A stretch of DNA of 64,000 nucleotides from a virus, in the IMG/VR virus record IMGVR_UViG_3300035034_000851, positions 1-64,000 of that record; one strand, given 5' to 3'. Positions 48,035-57,827 of this stretch are shown piece by piece. A program made the translations under genes and the position numbers. Each line of letters opens with the position of its first letter. Positions within the stretch are counted from its first letter, which is position 1. The notes beneath the pieces were generated by a model. The model was not told where the DNA came from and made no database searches. It saw only the letters and a list, made by a program, of their open reading frames with translations.

Positions 48035-48293
48035 TTTATTTTGGATTTTCGTGGGTATATTATATTCTGCGGACTGCAGTTTCAATACCTAGTCGTTGAA
48101 CCTTGAAAGAACTTTTAGCTCTAACCTTGGCTGCTGATTGGCTTATAAAATATAAAAAGAAAGTGTACTCACACTACCATTTGATTAATTAGGTATTGAC
48201 CCTCTGCGGTGGAATCTAACACACCAATGCTTTCTTTTTAATATTTTACTTAGCTTTCCAGACAATTTATCCAATTTATCCTGCCCAAATTTT

Positions 48294-48737
48294 AGGCATT
48301 TTCTTCCAATTGTCTTTTCCAGTTAGTCCCATGCCTTCTGCATCTTTCCAACTGAATGTGGTAAATTCTTCCATATCTCCACGAACAAAACGAATTTTTG
48401 TTCTAATGTCAATAGGCTTTTTTGTAGAGTCTTTGTATTCAGATACAGTTCCGTCTTCATAAACGTATACTCCATCTTCTACAGTTTGAAATTGTATTCC
48501 TCCCTTTCGTAACAGTGCTCCTGTTGCTTTAGCTGATAAACTAAGTTTACCTTGTATTGGAATTATATAGTGAAAGCTTTGCATTGTTGCAAAACCTAAC
48601 TCTTCTCCCATTTGCTTAATTGCAAACGCATCTGATACTGTCTTAACGTGTGTTGGTAATTTTTTTGAATCAATAAGTTTCTGCAAAAAAACTTCAACTT
48701 CGCTATTCTCCTCTTTAGTAATTATTTCCTTCTTCAT
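48294..48737 (-). CDS. Exon 1 of RecT-like recombinase/annealing protein (spliced product 205 aa)
   Basis: 'MGEELGF..MQSF..I..IQGK', 'FSWKDAEGMGL.GKDNWKKMP'; the listed ORF tail KIWAG* is intron sequence. Confidence 0.8.
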
Positions 48738-49823
48738 CTAATCCTTCTCCTCTATATTACTGGGTGAGTCTAATTCTTTAAAAGTGTTTGTTTCACCATC
48801 AAAGTATAGACCCTTTTTTAAGTTTGGACGACCTAATCTGTTTTTTAATATTTTTAAACATCTATAGTTGTCCTTTAATTTTACTATGTCATGTCCTAAG
48901 TGTTTTCTTATTTCATAACGATCAGGGGCAAACAAACCTAACACTACTAAAGCGTCACGTTGTGTTAATTTGTTATCTGCTAGACCATCTAAACTTGGTT
49001 CTAACTTAGATTCAATACTTTGTCCTTGATTAGTAAACTGCATTTTTTCTTTATCTGCAGATTGCTGCTGTACATTTACTACAGCGTATTTAAAATGTTT
49101 AGTAATTTGTTTTCTAGAGTAATCTGCTGACCACTTAGTTATAGTTTGATGTTTATTCATCATTTGACCTGTTACTCCATCTTTTTCTTCTTGAAGAAGA
49201 CTAATATGATCTGTAATTACTATTACAAATTCATTTAAATCATTAGGTGTATAATGAGAATATATCTTTTCATCTTTTCCTTGTATATTTAAAGTTTTGT
49301 AATGATGAGTTCCATTCTTTTCAGAATAGTCTCTTACATATTTATAAATACCTGTTGGATTAGATATACTATCTTCCACTACTAAATATTTTTCTAGATC
49401 TTGAAAGTATTCTCTACATTCATATATTTTATTTAATACATCTTGACTAATAACTTTATTAGTATAGGTTTGTAAATCTAAAACACTGTATGAAAGATTA
49501 TGTTTTACTTTCAATCTATTTGATATTAAACCTAAAGTAAATTCTTCTTTAGATTCCTCTAAAGCAAAATAAAGTATTTTAAGTTTTAAATTTTTATCGC
49601 TATATTTTTTTATATATTTATAAGGTTCTAATACAAATAATGATTTGGTTAATTGTGTTTTACCAACACCACTACTTGCAGTAACTATATAATAAACTCC
49701 TTTAATTATTCCTGGTATATGTTTGTTTAAAGTTGGAAAATTCTCAAATGGAATAGTATTAACTAAACCTTTTTTAAAATTATCCCAATTACTTTTTATT
49801 TTTTCAAAAGTATTATCAAACAT
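48738..49823 (-). CDS. DnaB-like replicative helicase
   Basis: Walker A 'ASSGVGKT', 'FALEE', 'ITDHISL', 'QQ', 'KNRLG'. Confidence 0.85.
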   Translation of the reverse strand: MFDNTFEKIKSNWDNFKKGLVNTIPFENFPTLNKHIPGIIKGVYYIVTASSGVGKTQLTKSLFVLEPYKYIKKYSDKNLKLKILYFALEESKEEFTLGLISNRLKVKHNLSYSVLDLQTYTNKVISQDVLNKIYECREYFQDLEKYLVVEDSISNPTGIYKYVRDYSEKNGTHHYKTLNIQGKDEKIYSHYTPNDLNEFVIVITDHISLLQEEKDGVTGQMMNKHQTITKWSADYSRKQITKHFKYAVVNVQQQSADKEKMQFTNQGQSIESKLEPSLDGLADNKLTQRDALVVLGLFAPDRYEIRKHLGHDIVKLKDNYRCLKILKNRLGRPNLKKGLYFDGETNTFKELDSPSNIEEKD

Positions 49824-50293
49824 TACATTCCTACTTCAAAGTCGTCTAATGTATCTTCATTATTCTCTAAAATGTTTTCACATTCACTAGCTAATGTTGA
49901 CATATTATTCTTATAAATAAAATAATGTGCGGTTTGTATAAAAGCATACTGTGATCTTGCTTTATTTTCTACATAGTTTTTAGTTGCTTTTATTATTAAA
50001 TCAGTTTCATATTCTGGGTATTCTATTATAAATTTTCTCATCTTTTTAAGACAAGATTGCTTATCACCTCGAACTGGCATTCCACCAGATCTTATTCCTT
50101 TAGGGAATATCTCCCTATAATCATTTATCCACTCTAAAACGTTATCTTGTTTTTTCGGTGCTTGTTTTATTTTTTGTAATGCTTGGTTTGTAAAATTTAA
50201 TTCTGTTTCGTTGTGAATAAATCCTCTGTTTACTAATTGTTTCATAATCCCTATGGATTGTAACAATTTTATTGTATCATCAGTTTTATTCAA
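49823..50293 (-). CDS. Hypothetical replication-associated protein
   Basis: TTG start; coupled to the helicase gene. Confidence 0.55.
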   Translation of the reverse strand: MNKTDDTIKLLQSIGIMKQLVNRGFIHNETELNFTNQALQKIKQAPKKQDNVLEWINDYREIFPKGIRSGGMPVRGDKQSCLKKMRKFIIEYPEYETDLIIKATKNYVENKARSQYAFIQTAHYFIYKNNMSTLASECENILENNEDTLDDFEVGM

Positions 50294-50393
50294 TTTATTT
50301 TTATTTATTTATTTATTAAAATGGTATATTAGGATTCAATCCTTTTAAATCATCTATACTAATAATTGATGCTTTATTAGAAACTTTATTTAA

Positions 50394-51350
50394 TTATTCT
50401 TTTAAAGGTTCTACTGGAAAACTATTACTATGTGAATTTGGTTGCACTGCATAATCAGTACTATCCATTTTTCCATTAAAACTATTATTCATTGGCCTGT
50501 CTTCTGGTTTTGGCATATTGTTATAAAGATTAGCAGCTTGTTGTCGAAATTGTCTATTTAATTTTTCATGTTCATTAATATACCCAGCCCAATTTCTTGA
50601 ATGCTTTCTTCCTGCTCTTGCTGAACCAACAGCAGTTCTAGGCATTTCAGAAAAATCAGGTTCTTCATAAGGAAGTTTAACAAGATTTTCTTCTGATTCT
50701 ACTTCTTCATCTTCAATTGAAGGTATTGGTTTAGGAAAACATTCATCTATTGCTTCATTCGCTTGATCTTGTTTAATTGTGTCAAGTAAATGAGGTATTT
50801 TAACTTTTTCAGCTTCAGAAACTTTATCTTTAGAAGTAGATCTTTTATTTATAATATTATCTAATGAAAAATCATCTTTTATATTACTTACAGGTAATTC
50901 TTCTCTTCCATAATAATTTGGATTTTCAAAGTATACTCTTTTTAGTTTAATACCTGCTAATTTTTCTAATACTTCTAAATCATATCCTTTAAAATCTCCT
51001 AAGCTAGAACTTAAATTACTATCCTTATACATCATACTAACCCAACCATGTAATTTATATTTACAATGGAAAAAAGCTATTTGACTTATTTCTGGACAAG
51101 TTACAAATCTTAAACAATTAGGTTCATTACATAAAGTTAATAATGCTAAAGCTAATTCTGAATCTGTTACATTTTCAAAATAATTATTAACTAAAGATTT
51201 TATGTCATTAAAACTTCTATTTTTATTAGCTCCACACTGTAAACCATCATTTTCTACTTTATAAGTTTCTGGAGTTTGTTTAAAAAAATAATCTTCTAAA
51301 AATGCGTACACGTTACTTGTGTTTAATTCTTCGTTACAGTATAATTTCAT
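50394..51350 (-). CDS. Hypothetical protein; N-terminal domain paralogous to 52412-52828
   Basis: 'ETY......QC....RSF.D....V..YF' shared motif. Confidence 0.6.
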   Translation of the reverse strand: MKLYCNEELNTSNVYAFLEDYFFKQTPETYKVENDGLQCGANKNRSFNDIKSLVNNYFENVTDSELALALLTLCNEPNCLRFVTCPEISQIAFFHCKYKLHGWVSMMYKDSNLSSSLGDFKGYDLEVLEKLAGIKLKRVYFENPNYYGREELPVSNIKDDFSLDNIINKRSTSKDKVSEAEKVKIPHLLDTIKQDQANEAIDECFPKPIPSIEDEEVESEENLVKLPYEEPDFSEMPRTAVGSARAGRKHSRNWAGYINEHEKLNRQFRQQAANLYNNMPKPEDRPMNNSFNGKMDSTDYAVQPNSHSNSFPVEPLKE

Positions 51351-51946
51351 AATTGTTCAATATTAGATTCTCTTAATTTTGCATAATCAAGTACAAATAA
51401 CTTTATTGTATTTCCTGAATTTGGATTAATTGCTTCTGTTTGATTTAATGAAAAATTATTCATTAATTCAACGAAATAATCTGTATAAGAATAATTATTA
51501 ATATTCATACTTACTAATAATATGTTTTTTCGGTCAGAATCAGCCATTTCTTTAAAAATATAATGCAATATTTGCTTTTTATAATTAAAATGTGAATTAT
51601 CTATTTTTGCTATTATAAAATTTATTCCATTAGTTTCTGAAATACCACAACTCATAACAGATTCATAATAATTTAAAGTTCGTGTTTCACCATTTATGCT
51701 TACATAACATTCATCCTCATTCATACTTAAATCTACAGATATTTCTTCAAGTTCTTCTTCTAAAGTTAAAGGTGCTTCAACTACAGGTTCTTCTCTTTTT
51801 ACATTAAATAATTTTTTAGAATATTGTACTTTTGCTCCAGTATCATTTCTTAAAATATATTTAGTTTCATTTTCTTCAATTGATTCATATTCTTTATCAA
51901 TAGTCAATTTAAAGTTTTTTACTTCTTTACAGATAATTTTTATCAT
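51347..51946 (-). CDS. Hypothetical protein
   Basis: Coupled ORF; 'SCGI' and 'INPNSGN.I' motifs. Confidence 0.6.
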   Translation of the reverse strand: MIKIICKEVKNFKLTIDKEYESIEENETKYILRNDTGAKVQYSKKLFNVKREEPVVEAPLTLEEELEEISVDLSMNEDECYVSINGETRTLNYYESVMSCGISETNGINFIIAKIDNSHFNYKKQILHYIFKEMADSDRKNILLVSMNINNYSYTDYFVELMNNFSLNQTEAINPNSGNTIKLFVLDYAKLRESNIEQL

Positions 51947-52407
51947 TATTTTTTTGTTTTTAATTTTGTTAGCATTTCTATGCTAGTTTTTGAACTTTTT
52001 TCTAAAGATTTTTTTGTTAAAACCATCATACTTAAACAATTGTCTTTTTCAACTGAATCAAGAGCATCAGGACTGCTGTTTATATATTTTCCTGGAAGTC
52101 TACAATAATCTATAAAATCTAAACTTAATAATGTATTATAATTAGGTTTACTTGCATTTTGAAAAATTATAATCATACCATGCTGAAACATAGAAAAAAA
52201 TAATTCTTTTAATGTTACATTTGATATTAAATTTTTATTTGCATAAAGATTGTTAATTATTAAACTACTACAACTACTAAAAGGAGCTATACTAAAACTA
52301 AATAAAGGTTCTCCTTTATTATTATAAACAGCGTATTGGTTTTCATTTTGATTATAATAATAAATTTTTTCGTCAATTTCTCGTGTTATTCTATATGTTC
52401 CAAACAT
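51946..52407 (-). CDS. Hypothetical protein
   Basis: Coupled ORF. Confidence 0.55.
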   Translation of the reverse strand: MFGTYRITREIDEKIYYYNQNENQYAVYNNKGEPLFSFSIAPFSSCSSLIINNLYANKNLISNVTLKELFFSMFQHGMIIIFQNASKPNYNTLLSLDFIDYCRLPGKYINSSPDALDSVEKDNCLSMMVLTKKSLEKSSKTSIEMLTKLKTKK

Positions 52408-52411
52408 TTTT

Positions 52412-52828
52412 TTAAATCATTAAGTTGTTAATATTCTTCCAAGAATAATTACCATTACCTGTTGCTGTCCAACTTTCATTTTGAATGTAATGAGTTATTA
52501 ATAAATTTTCACCTCTAGGTTTTTGCTTTATAAAAACTATTTTATCTTGAGCATGACACCATATGGGAAATATATTATCACTTTTATGTAAAGTTTTTAA
52601 CATATTTGCAACATTTTTTTTAGTATATTTAGGGTAATAAGTTTTAATTATAGCATATAAATCTTGAAAGGTTCTTCTTGCTACTTTACACTGTGTCACA
52701 GAACATTCTTCATCGTGAAAAGTTTCTACAAATTTACCTGGAATACTATTTCTAGTAGCTGTGAATCCTAATCTAAGAAATTCAGTAGCATACATTTGTT
52801 TTTCTATTTTACAGTATATTTTATCCAT
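52412..52828 (-). CDS. Hypothetical protein; paralog of the 50394-51350 N-domain
   Basis: 'ETF......TQC...RRTFQDL....KTYY'. Confidence 0.6.
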   Translation of the reverse strand: MDKIYCKIEKQMYATEFLRLGFTATRNSIPGKFVETFHDEECSVTQCKVARRTFQDLYAIIKTYYPKYTKKNVANMLKTLHKSDNIFPIWCHAQDKIVFIKQKPRGENLLITHYIQNESWTATGNGNYSWKNINNLMI

Positions 52829-52831
52829 TAT

Positions 52832-53596
52832 TTATTTAAGTGTGCGTATTAATGTTTCTAAATTTTCAACAATATCTTCGTGACGTCTAAAAGTTATTAA
52901 ATCATATAATTGTTTAATACTTACTGTAGGTTTATTAATTTTAATCCAACAATTTAATGCTTCTACTTTTTTAAATTTAATATTTTCAGGATTAGGTATA
53001 TGATTTTTATTGGATCTTACATTTAATGTTTTAGTAAAATCAATAAGATTAGTGTAATGAAAAATATCTCCATCAAATATATCATAACCATCTTGTGTTA
53101 CTAATATTGGTTGTGTGATATTTTCTACTAAATTTAAACTTAAACTACCAAAAGAGTTACAAACTCTTATTTGTATTTCATTAGATTTATCTTCTATAAA
53201 AAAACCTTGAATAACATAATTTACATCATTACATGATTTTATATCATCACCTGTAGTAAATATTTGACCATCAGACAATCTTTTAACTGAATGAATTGTA
53301 TTATAATTTTCAGAAGGTATAAATACATGAGTTACAGAAGTTGTACACCCCCATTTTTTACCATCACTTTTAGAATCATATTTATGAAATACATTATTAT
53401 TATTTCTTGTTGGACAATAATAAGCTAATATTTCATAATCTTTTTCAATTATTTCTTCCCAAAATTCTGAATATTTATTAGGAGTTTGAATTAGTAATCT
53501 ATTATAAAAATACATATTAGTACCTTTATGATTTTCTATAATAGTATTAATTGGAGGACTTCCAGGATATTTTTTTATTAATTTATATTTTTTCAT
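52832..53596 (-). CDS. Hypothetical protein (KKYKLIK.YPGSP family)
   Basis: Tandem paralog of 53593-54033. Confidence 0.65.
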   Translation of the reverse strand: MKKYKLIKKYPGSPPINTIIENHKGTNMYFYNRLLIQTPNKYSEFWEEIIEKDYEILAYYCPTRNNNNVFHKYDSKSDGKKWGCTTSVTHVFIPSENYNTIHSVKRLSDGQIFTTGDDIKSCNDVNYVIQGFFIEDKSNEIQIRVCNSFGSLSLNLVENITQPILVTQDGYDIFDGDIFHYTNLIDFTKTLNVRSNKNHIPNPENIKFKKVEALNCWIKINKPTVSIKQLYDLITFRRHEDIVENLETLIRTLK

Positions 53597-54033
53597 AATT
53601 TACTTTTTACTATATCTTTAAGACCTTTTTTAAAAGCTATAGAATTATTTTTACCACCCATATTAAATACATCATTTAAAGATAAACAAGGTTTATTCAT
53701 TAATATATAATTTTCAGCTTTTTCTTTAGTTGAAAAATATTTTCTACTATTTTTACCAGTCATTGAAGTACATTTTAAAAACGTAATTCTAAAAATTTTT
53801 GTATTATTAATAAGTTCAAAAACTTCTTGTTTTTCAAATACATCAACACCATCTTCTGTTGTAAATAAAGGTTTTTCAATTATTTCTTCCCAAAATTCTT
53901 GATTATTTGAGCTATTAATTCTTACACCTCGATAATATGCTTGATTTTTAAACATACTATGATTACTAGCTTCAACAATGTATCCTAATTTAGGACTACC
54001 AGGGTATGCTTTTATTAATTTATATTTTTTCAT
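53593..54033 (-). CDS. Hypothetical protein (KKYKLIK.YPGSP family)
   Basis: Tandem paralog of 52832-53596. Confidence 0.65.
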   Translation of the reverse strand: MKKYKLIKAYPGSPKLGYIVEASNHSMFKNQAYYRGVRINSSNNQEFWEEIIEKPLFTTEDGVDVFEKQEVFELINNTKIFRITFLKCTSMTGKNSRKYFSTKEKAENYILMNKPCLSLNDVFNMGGKNNSIAFKKGLKDIVKSKL

Positions 54034-54041
54034 TTTCTTGT

Positions 54042-56054
54042 TTATTTAGCTAACCACCAATCATCTTTTACATTGGCATCAGCTTTCATAGTTAAATCTT
54101 TACTTTTTAAAAAATAATCTCCTCCTTTTTTCATACAATCTTCTAATATAGTTTTGTATTTATTGGATAAAGATTTTTCACACTCTAAAACAAATTCATC
54201 ATGAGGTATAATACATATTAATACTCTCCCTAAATGATTATTTTTCTTAATTTCGTTAAATAACATAGCTGCAGCAGTTTTTGTTTGATGAGCTGCAGTT
54301 GTTTGAGAAGGATTATTGAGACATAATCTCATATAATCTCCTTTTAACTTAGCAAATTCAGAAACTACAGGTTTCATGTCTCTATATTTTCTATAAGCTA
54401 ATACATTACCTATTTTATAATCATCTCCTTCTTCTATAGATCTAATATGTTCTTCTTTACCAGCATTATATTGTTCCCAATCTAAATCAGTATACATTTC
54501 ATTTTCAAATCTTAAAGCTTTAAATCTTTTATAAGAAGATAAATGAAGTCTAAAACCTCCTGCAGAAGTTATGTAACCAACTCTTATTGCTTCAGCATAT
54601 GTTTCATCACCTTTTTTGTATATACCTGCGTGAAGTTCTTTAAAAAGCTTTTCAAGTTTTTCAGCTTCTTCTAAAGGTATACCTTGATTTACATGTATAG
54701 TGTAAGCTGAACCTCCATAAGCAAATGCAAATCTAGGAGCTTTACTATATTTTCTTTCCTTACTAAATTTTTCCATGATAATATTGTCAGGTAAATCTTT
54801 TAATTCAGGAAAAATCATTCTAGCAAAAGCACAATGTAAATCTAAATCTTTCCATATAGATTCTAACATAGCATTATCTCTGGTAAGATCTGCTGTAACA
54901 ACATTTTCTTGACCAGCATAATCAGCACATATAATATCATAACCTTCTTTGGCTTTAATACATGCTCTCATTTCTTCAGTTGCAGGTAAAGTAAGACTAC
55001 TAAAAGTTTTACTTCTAGTTGATATTCTAGCAGTATCTAACATTTGATTATAAGAACTATAACCTCTTCCATCAATTAATTGATCTAATAAATTTTGACC
55101 ATAAGAATTAACTTGTTGTTTAGCATCTTGATAATCTTTCCAAATTGTTAGAAATTCATGTTTAGATTTATTAATAACATCTTTGTTAATAGATTTTTTA
55201 TTATCTTTATCTAATACATTAATTCCCATTTCTTCAAAAACTGGAACCATTTGTATTGGAGATGATAATGAAACTCCTAATTTAACAATATTAAAAATAT
55301 TATGTTGTTGAACATGAAATTTACTAGACAAATTATCTAAAATGTAATTCTTTACTATTTGTTCAGATTTTTTTAATTTTTTTAAATCTATTTTAATTTT
55401 AACTTTTAATCTATCTGCATCTATTGGTGCCCCACATTGTTCAACATAAGTTATAGCTAATACATAGTTTTTATGAACATTATAAGTTACACTCATACCT
55501 TTAGCATCAATTATTTTATTTTGAACAGTATGCAATTCAATTAACTTATCTACATCATTAAAACAATATTGTATTGATTCTTTAGTAGATAATTTAATTA
55601 CATTAATAGTTTTTTGGTCTTGCTTATCATATTTAATATGCAATACTCTTTCCATTACAGATCCAAAATCATTTCCTTGGATAAAAGAAGGAATTCCGTT
55701 AGTTAATAATTTACTTTGTAAAAAAGTATCACCAACTTTATCAGGATAATAACCATACTTATAACAAAAACCTAAATCAAAATTAGCATTATGATATATT
55801 TGTTCTCTATTTTTTAAATACGGTATAACATCAGAAAAAGTATAAGCATTTTCAGATGTATAAAAATCTATAATGTAATTATCTTCTCCTGTTCCTATTT
55901 GAATGCAAAACATATCTTCTGTTTTCCAATCTAATCCTGTAGTTTCACTATCTACAGCTATTGTAGATTTTAAATTTAAATCTTCTAATGCACAGTAATT
56001 ATAATCCCCAATCTTTTTAAAAAATTGAGGATTTTTAGTTACTATATAGTTCAT
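54042..56054 (-). CDS. polA: Family A DNA polymerase with 3'-5' exonuclease
   Basis: Exo 'DSETTG', 'HNANFD', 'YCFND'; polymerase motifs 'DYAGQE', 'RKYSKAPRFAFAYG', 'HDE'. Confidence 0.93.
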   Translation of the reverse strand: MNYIVTKNPQFFKKIGDYNYCALEDLNLKSTIAVDSETTGLDWKTEDMFCIQIGTGEDNYIIDFYTSENAYTFSDVIPYLKNREQIYHNANFDLGFCYKYGYYPDKVGDTFLQSKLLTNGIPSFIQGNDFGSVMERVLHIKYDKQDQKTINVIKLSTKESIQYCFNDVDKLIELHTVQNKIIDAKGMSVTYNVHKNYVLAITYVEQCGAPIDADRLKVKIKIDLKKLKKSEQIVKNYILDNLSSKFHVQQHNIFNIVKLGVSLSSPIQMVPVFEEMGINVLDKDNKKSINKDVINKSKHEFLTIWKDYQDAKQQVNSYGQNLLDQLIDGRGYSSYNQMLDTARISTRSKTFSSLTLPATEEMRACIKAKEGYDIICADYAGQENVVTADLTRDNAMLESIWKDLDLHCAFARMIFPELKDLPDNIIMEKFSKERKYSKAPRFAFAYGGSAYTIHVNQGIPLEEAEKLEKLFKELHAGIYKKGDETYAEAIRVGYITSAGGFRLHLSSYKRFKALRFENEMYTDLDWEQYNAGKEEHIRSIEEGDDYKIGNVLAYRKYRDMKPVVSEFAKLKGDYMRLCLNNPSQTTAAHQTKTAAAMLFNEIKKNNHLGRVLICIIPHDEFVLECEKSLSNKYKTILEDCMKKGGDYFLKSKDLTMKADANVKDDWWLAK

Positions 56055-56662
56055 TAAATAAGACTATTAACCAGATTATTTACTTCTAAAGCAAATTCAC
56101 TGTTAGGAACCATTTCAGGATGACCTTGTATTGCTAATATTTTAGTTTTATTATAAAATACTATTTCAGGATCTACAGGAGGTTTTTCCATACCTGCTGG
56201 AACTCCTTCTGCATAAGTACTACCTGTTATTTTACAATAAGCTTTAATTTCATAATCTTTTTCATTAAGATTAAAAGGATATTGCATTTGATGATGGGTA
56301 CTAGTTACTTCATAATCTTTACCTTCTGGTGTAGAAACTTTGTGCATATAAGGATGATTCATATGTTGTACAAGTTTTCCACCTGACAACACACATCCCA
56401 ATTGAGACCCTCTACATATACCCATAGTTAAAACATCAGGATTTTCTTGTTTTATTTTATTCCAAGAATTTATTTCACTAGCATCTCTTACAGGATTGTT
56501 TCCTGTATGTGGATGAGAATCTTCTTCATAAAGTTCAGGACTTACATCCTCTCCTCCTGTTAAAATTATAAGATCTGCTGATTTTGAATCATTAGTTAGT
56601 TCAAAATCTTTTAAAAATTCAGCATAATTTACTGCATTTCCTATTACATATACTTTTTTCAT
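56054..56662 (-). CDS. Class I glutamine amidotransferase-like / peptidase C26 (PuuD-like)
   Basis: 'TGGEDV.P.LY', 'GICRGSQ', 'STHHQ', 'QGHPE'. Confidence 0.88.
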   Translation of the reverse strand: MKKVYVIGNAVNYAEFLKDFELTNDSKSADLIILTGGEDVSPELYEEDSHPHTGNNPVRDASEINSWNKIKQENPDVLTMGICRGSQLGCVLSGGKLVQHMNHPYMHKVSTPEGKDYEVTSTHHQMQYPFNLNEKDYEIKAYCKITGSTYAEGVPAGMEKPPVDPEIVFYNKTKILAIQGHPEMVPNSEFALEVNNLVNSLI

Positions 56663-57270
56663 ATTGCTTTTGGTTTAAATTTAGATTCTTTTCTTGCAAA
56701 ATAACCTGTCACACTATCTTTATCTTTACTAAAAAATTCTTTAGAAGTTTGAATTACTATTCCTTTTGATTTATTATTGAGGCTATCTATACCATGTCCT
56801 GAAGAATAATAGATTTTATCTTTATTATTATTGAATGCTTCTGAAAATTTAATCATAGTTTCTATTCTACGATTATCATTTACAAATTCTTTAATAAAAG
56901 AAACAGAATAACAATCTCCATGGCTTTCCCATAAAAATCTAATTATTGTTAGAATTGCAAGAGTTTTTTTTTTAGAATTTAAAGTACCTTTAGGTAATAA
57001 AGAACTACCCATAATTAAATAATATTTCTTTTTTTCTTTTTTGTATTCTAAATCTTTAAAAATTAATTTCATTTTTCTTAAATATTCTAAGAATTCTTTT
57101 CTTGTAATATCAGAATGTTTGTGTAATTCAATTTTTAAATAGTTTGAGTTTAAATTTAAAAATGAAAAACAAGACTCTGCACCATATTTTGGTGCATTTT
57201 TATGAGTCTTGTAATATATTTTATTGTTAAAACTTCTATTAGAAAAAACTTTATTTTTAGTTATCTTCAT
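56659..57270 (-). CDS. Hypothetical protein
   Basis: Coupled to the GATase gene; 'SCF', 'LTIIRFLWE', 'GH'. Confidence 0.6.
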   Translation of the reverse strand: MKITKNKVFSNRSFNNKIYYKTHKNAPKYGAESCFSFLNLNSNYLKIELHKHSDITRKEFLEYLRKMKLIFKDLEYKKEKKKYYLIMGSSLLPKGTLNSKKKTLAILTIIRFLWESHGDCYSVSFIKEFVNDNRRIETMIKFSEAFNNNKDKIYYSSGHGIDSLNNKSKGIVIQTSKEFFSKDKDSVTGYFARKESKFKPKAI

Positions 57271-57275
57271 TTTTA

Positions 57276-57812
57276 TTAGTCATATTGTTTCCAGTTGTGT
57301 TTGTTCATAAATCTTTTTTCTATTGGTTTCCAAGTATTTTCTGGTCTCCAACTTCCTCTACCGTAAGCAAATCTAGCTTTATACCAACTGCCATATTTTA
57401 CATATTTTAAATGTAAATAATATATGCTAGCGTGCAAACAGTTTTCTCTAGTTGTATCACTTAAATTAAGTTTTTTAAACATACTTTTACGAGTTGGTTC
57501 CCATATTTGCATATCACCATAACTAAATGCACCACAATCCCATACTTTTTGAGTATATTCTAAGTTATTAGGGTTAGGCCATCCAGATTCGTTTAATCCT
57601 ATTTGATATACTACGGCATTACATACATTGTATTTTGCACAGTATTTGTCAATTAAATTAAATATGTTTTCTTTTTCTTCTATGTAAGTATCTTCTTCAC
57701 ATAGGATTTCTATAACTACAGGTTTTTCCACAACCTTTGTAGGTGTTATACAAAATCCACTAATTGTTATTAGTGTTAGTATAGCTATTACTTTAAAATT
57801 AATTATATTCAT
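57276..57812 (-). CDS. Lytic transglycosylase (SLT/lysozyme-like) with N-terminal signal/anchor
   Basis: Hydrophobic N-terminus; 'NESG', 'YGDMQI', 'YYL......YGSW..A..AY..G'. Confidence 0.7.
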   Translation of the reverse strand: MNIINFKVIAILTLITISGFCITPTKVVEKPVVIEILCEEDTYIEEKENIFNLIDKYCAKYNVCNAVVYQIGLNESGWPNPNNLEYTQKVWDCGAFSYGDMQIWEPTRKSMFKKLNLSDTTRENCLHASIYYLHLKYVKYGSWYKARFAYGRGSWRPENTWKPIEKRFMNKHNWKQYD

Positions 57813-57827
57813 AATATTAAATAATAG

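Larger units (their letters stand above)
47417..48293 (-). ncRNA. Group I self-splicing intron (IA-like), 877 nt
   Basis: Exon ends in U with P1 UGCCU/GGGCA; P AAUUGUCUGGAAA, Q AAUCAGCAG, R UUCAACGACUA, S GAUAUAGUCU; terminal G at 47417; splicing restores the frame. Confidence 0.92.

Noticed and set aside
48276-48293. KIWAG* as the true C-terminus, or the recombinase as a pseudogene
   Set aside because: These bases form the intron P1 helix; splicing restores a full-length ORF
9854-56054. Inteins in vRNAP, RNR, helicase or PolA
   Set aside because: No C...HN/(C,S,T) splice motifs or LAGLIDADG blocks seen; RNR, helicase and PolA have normal lengths
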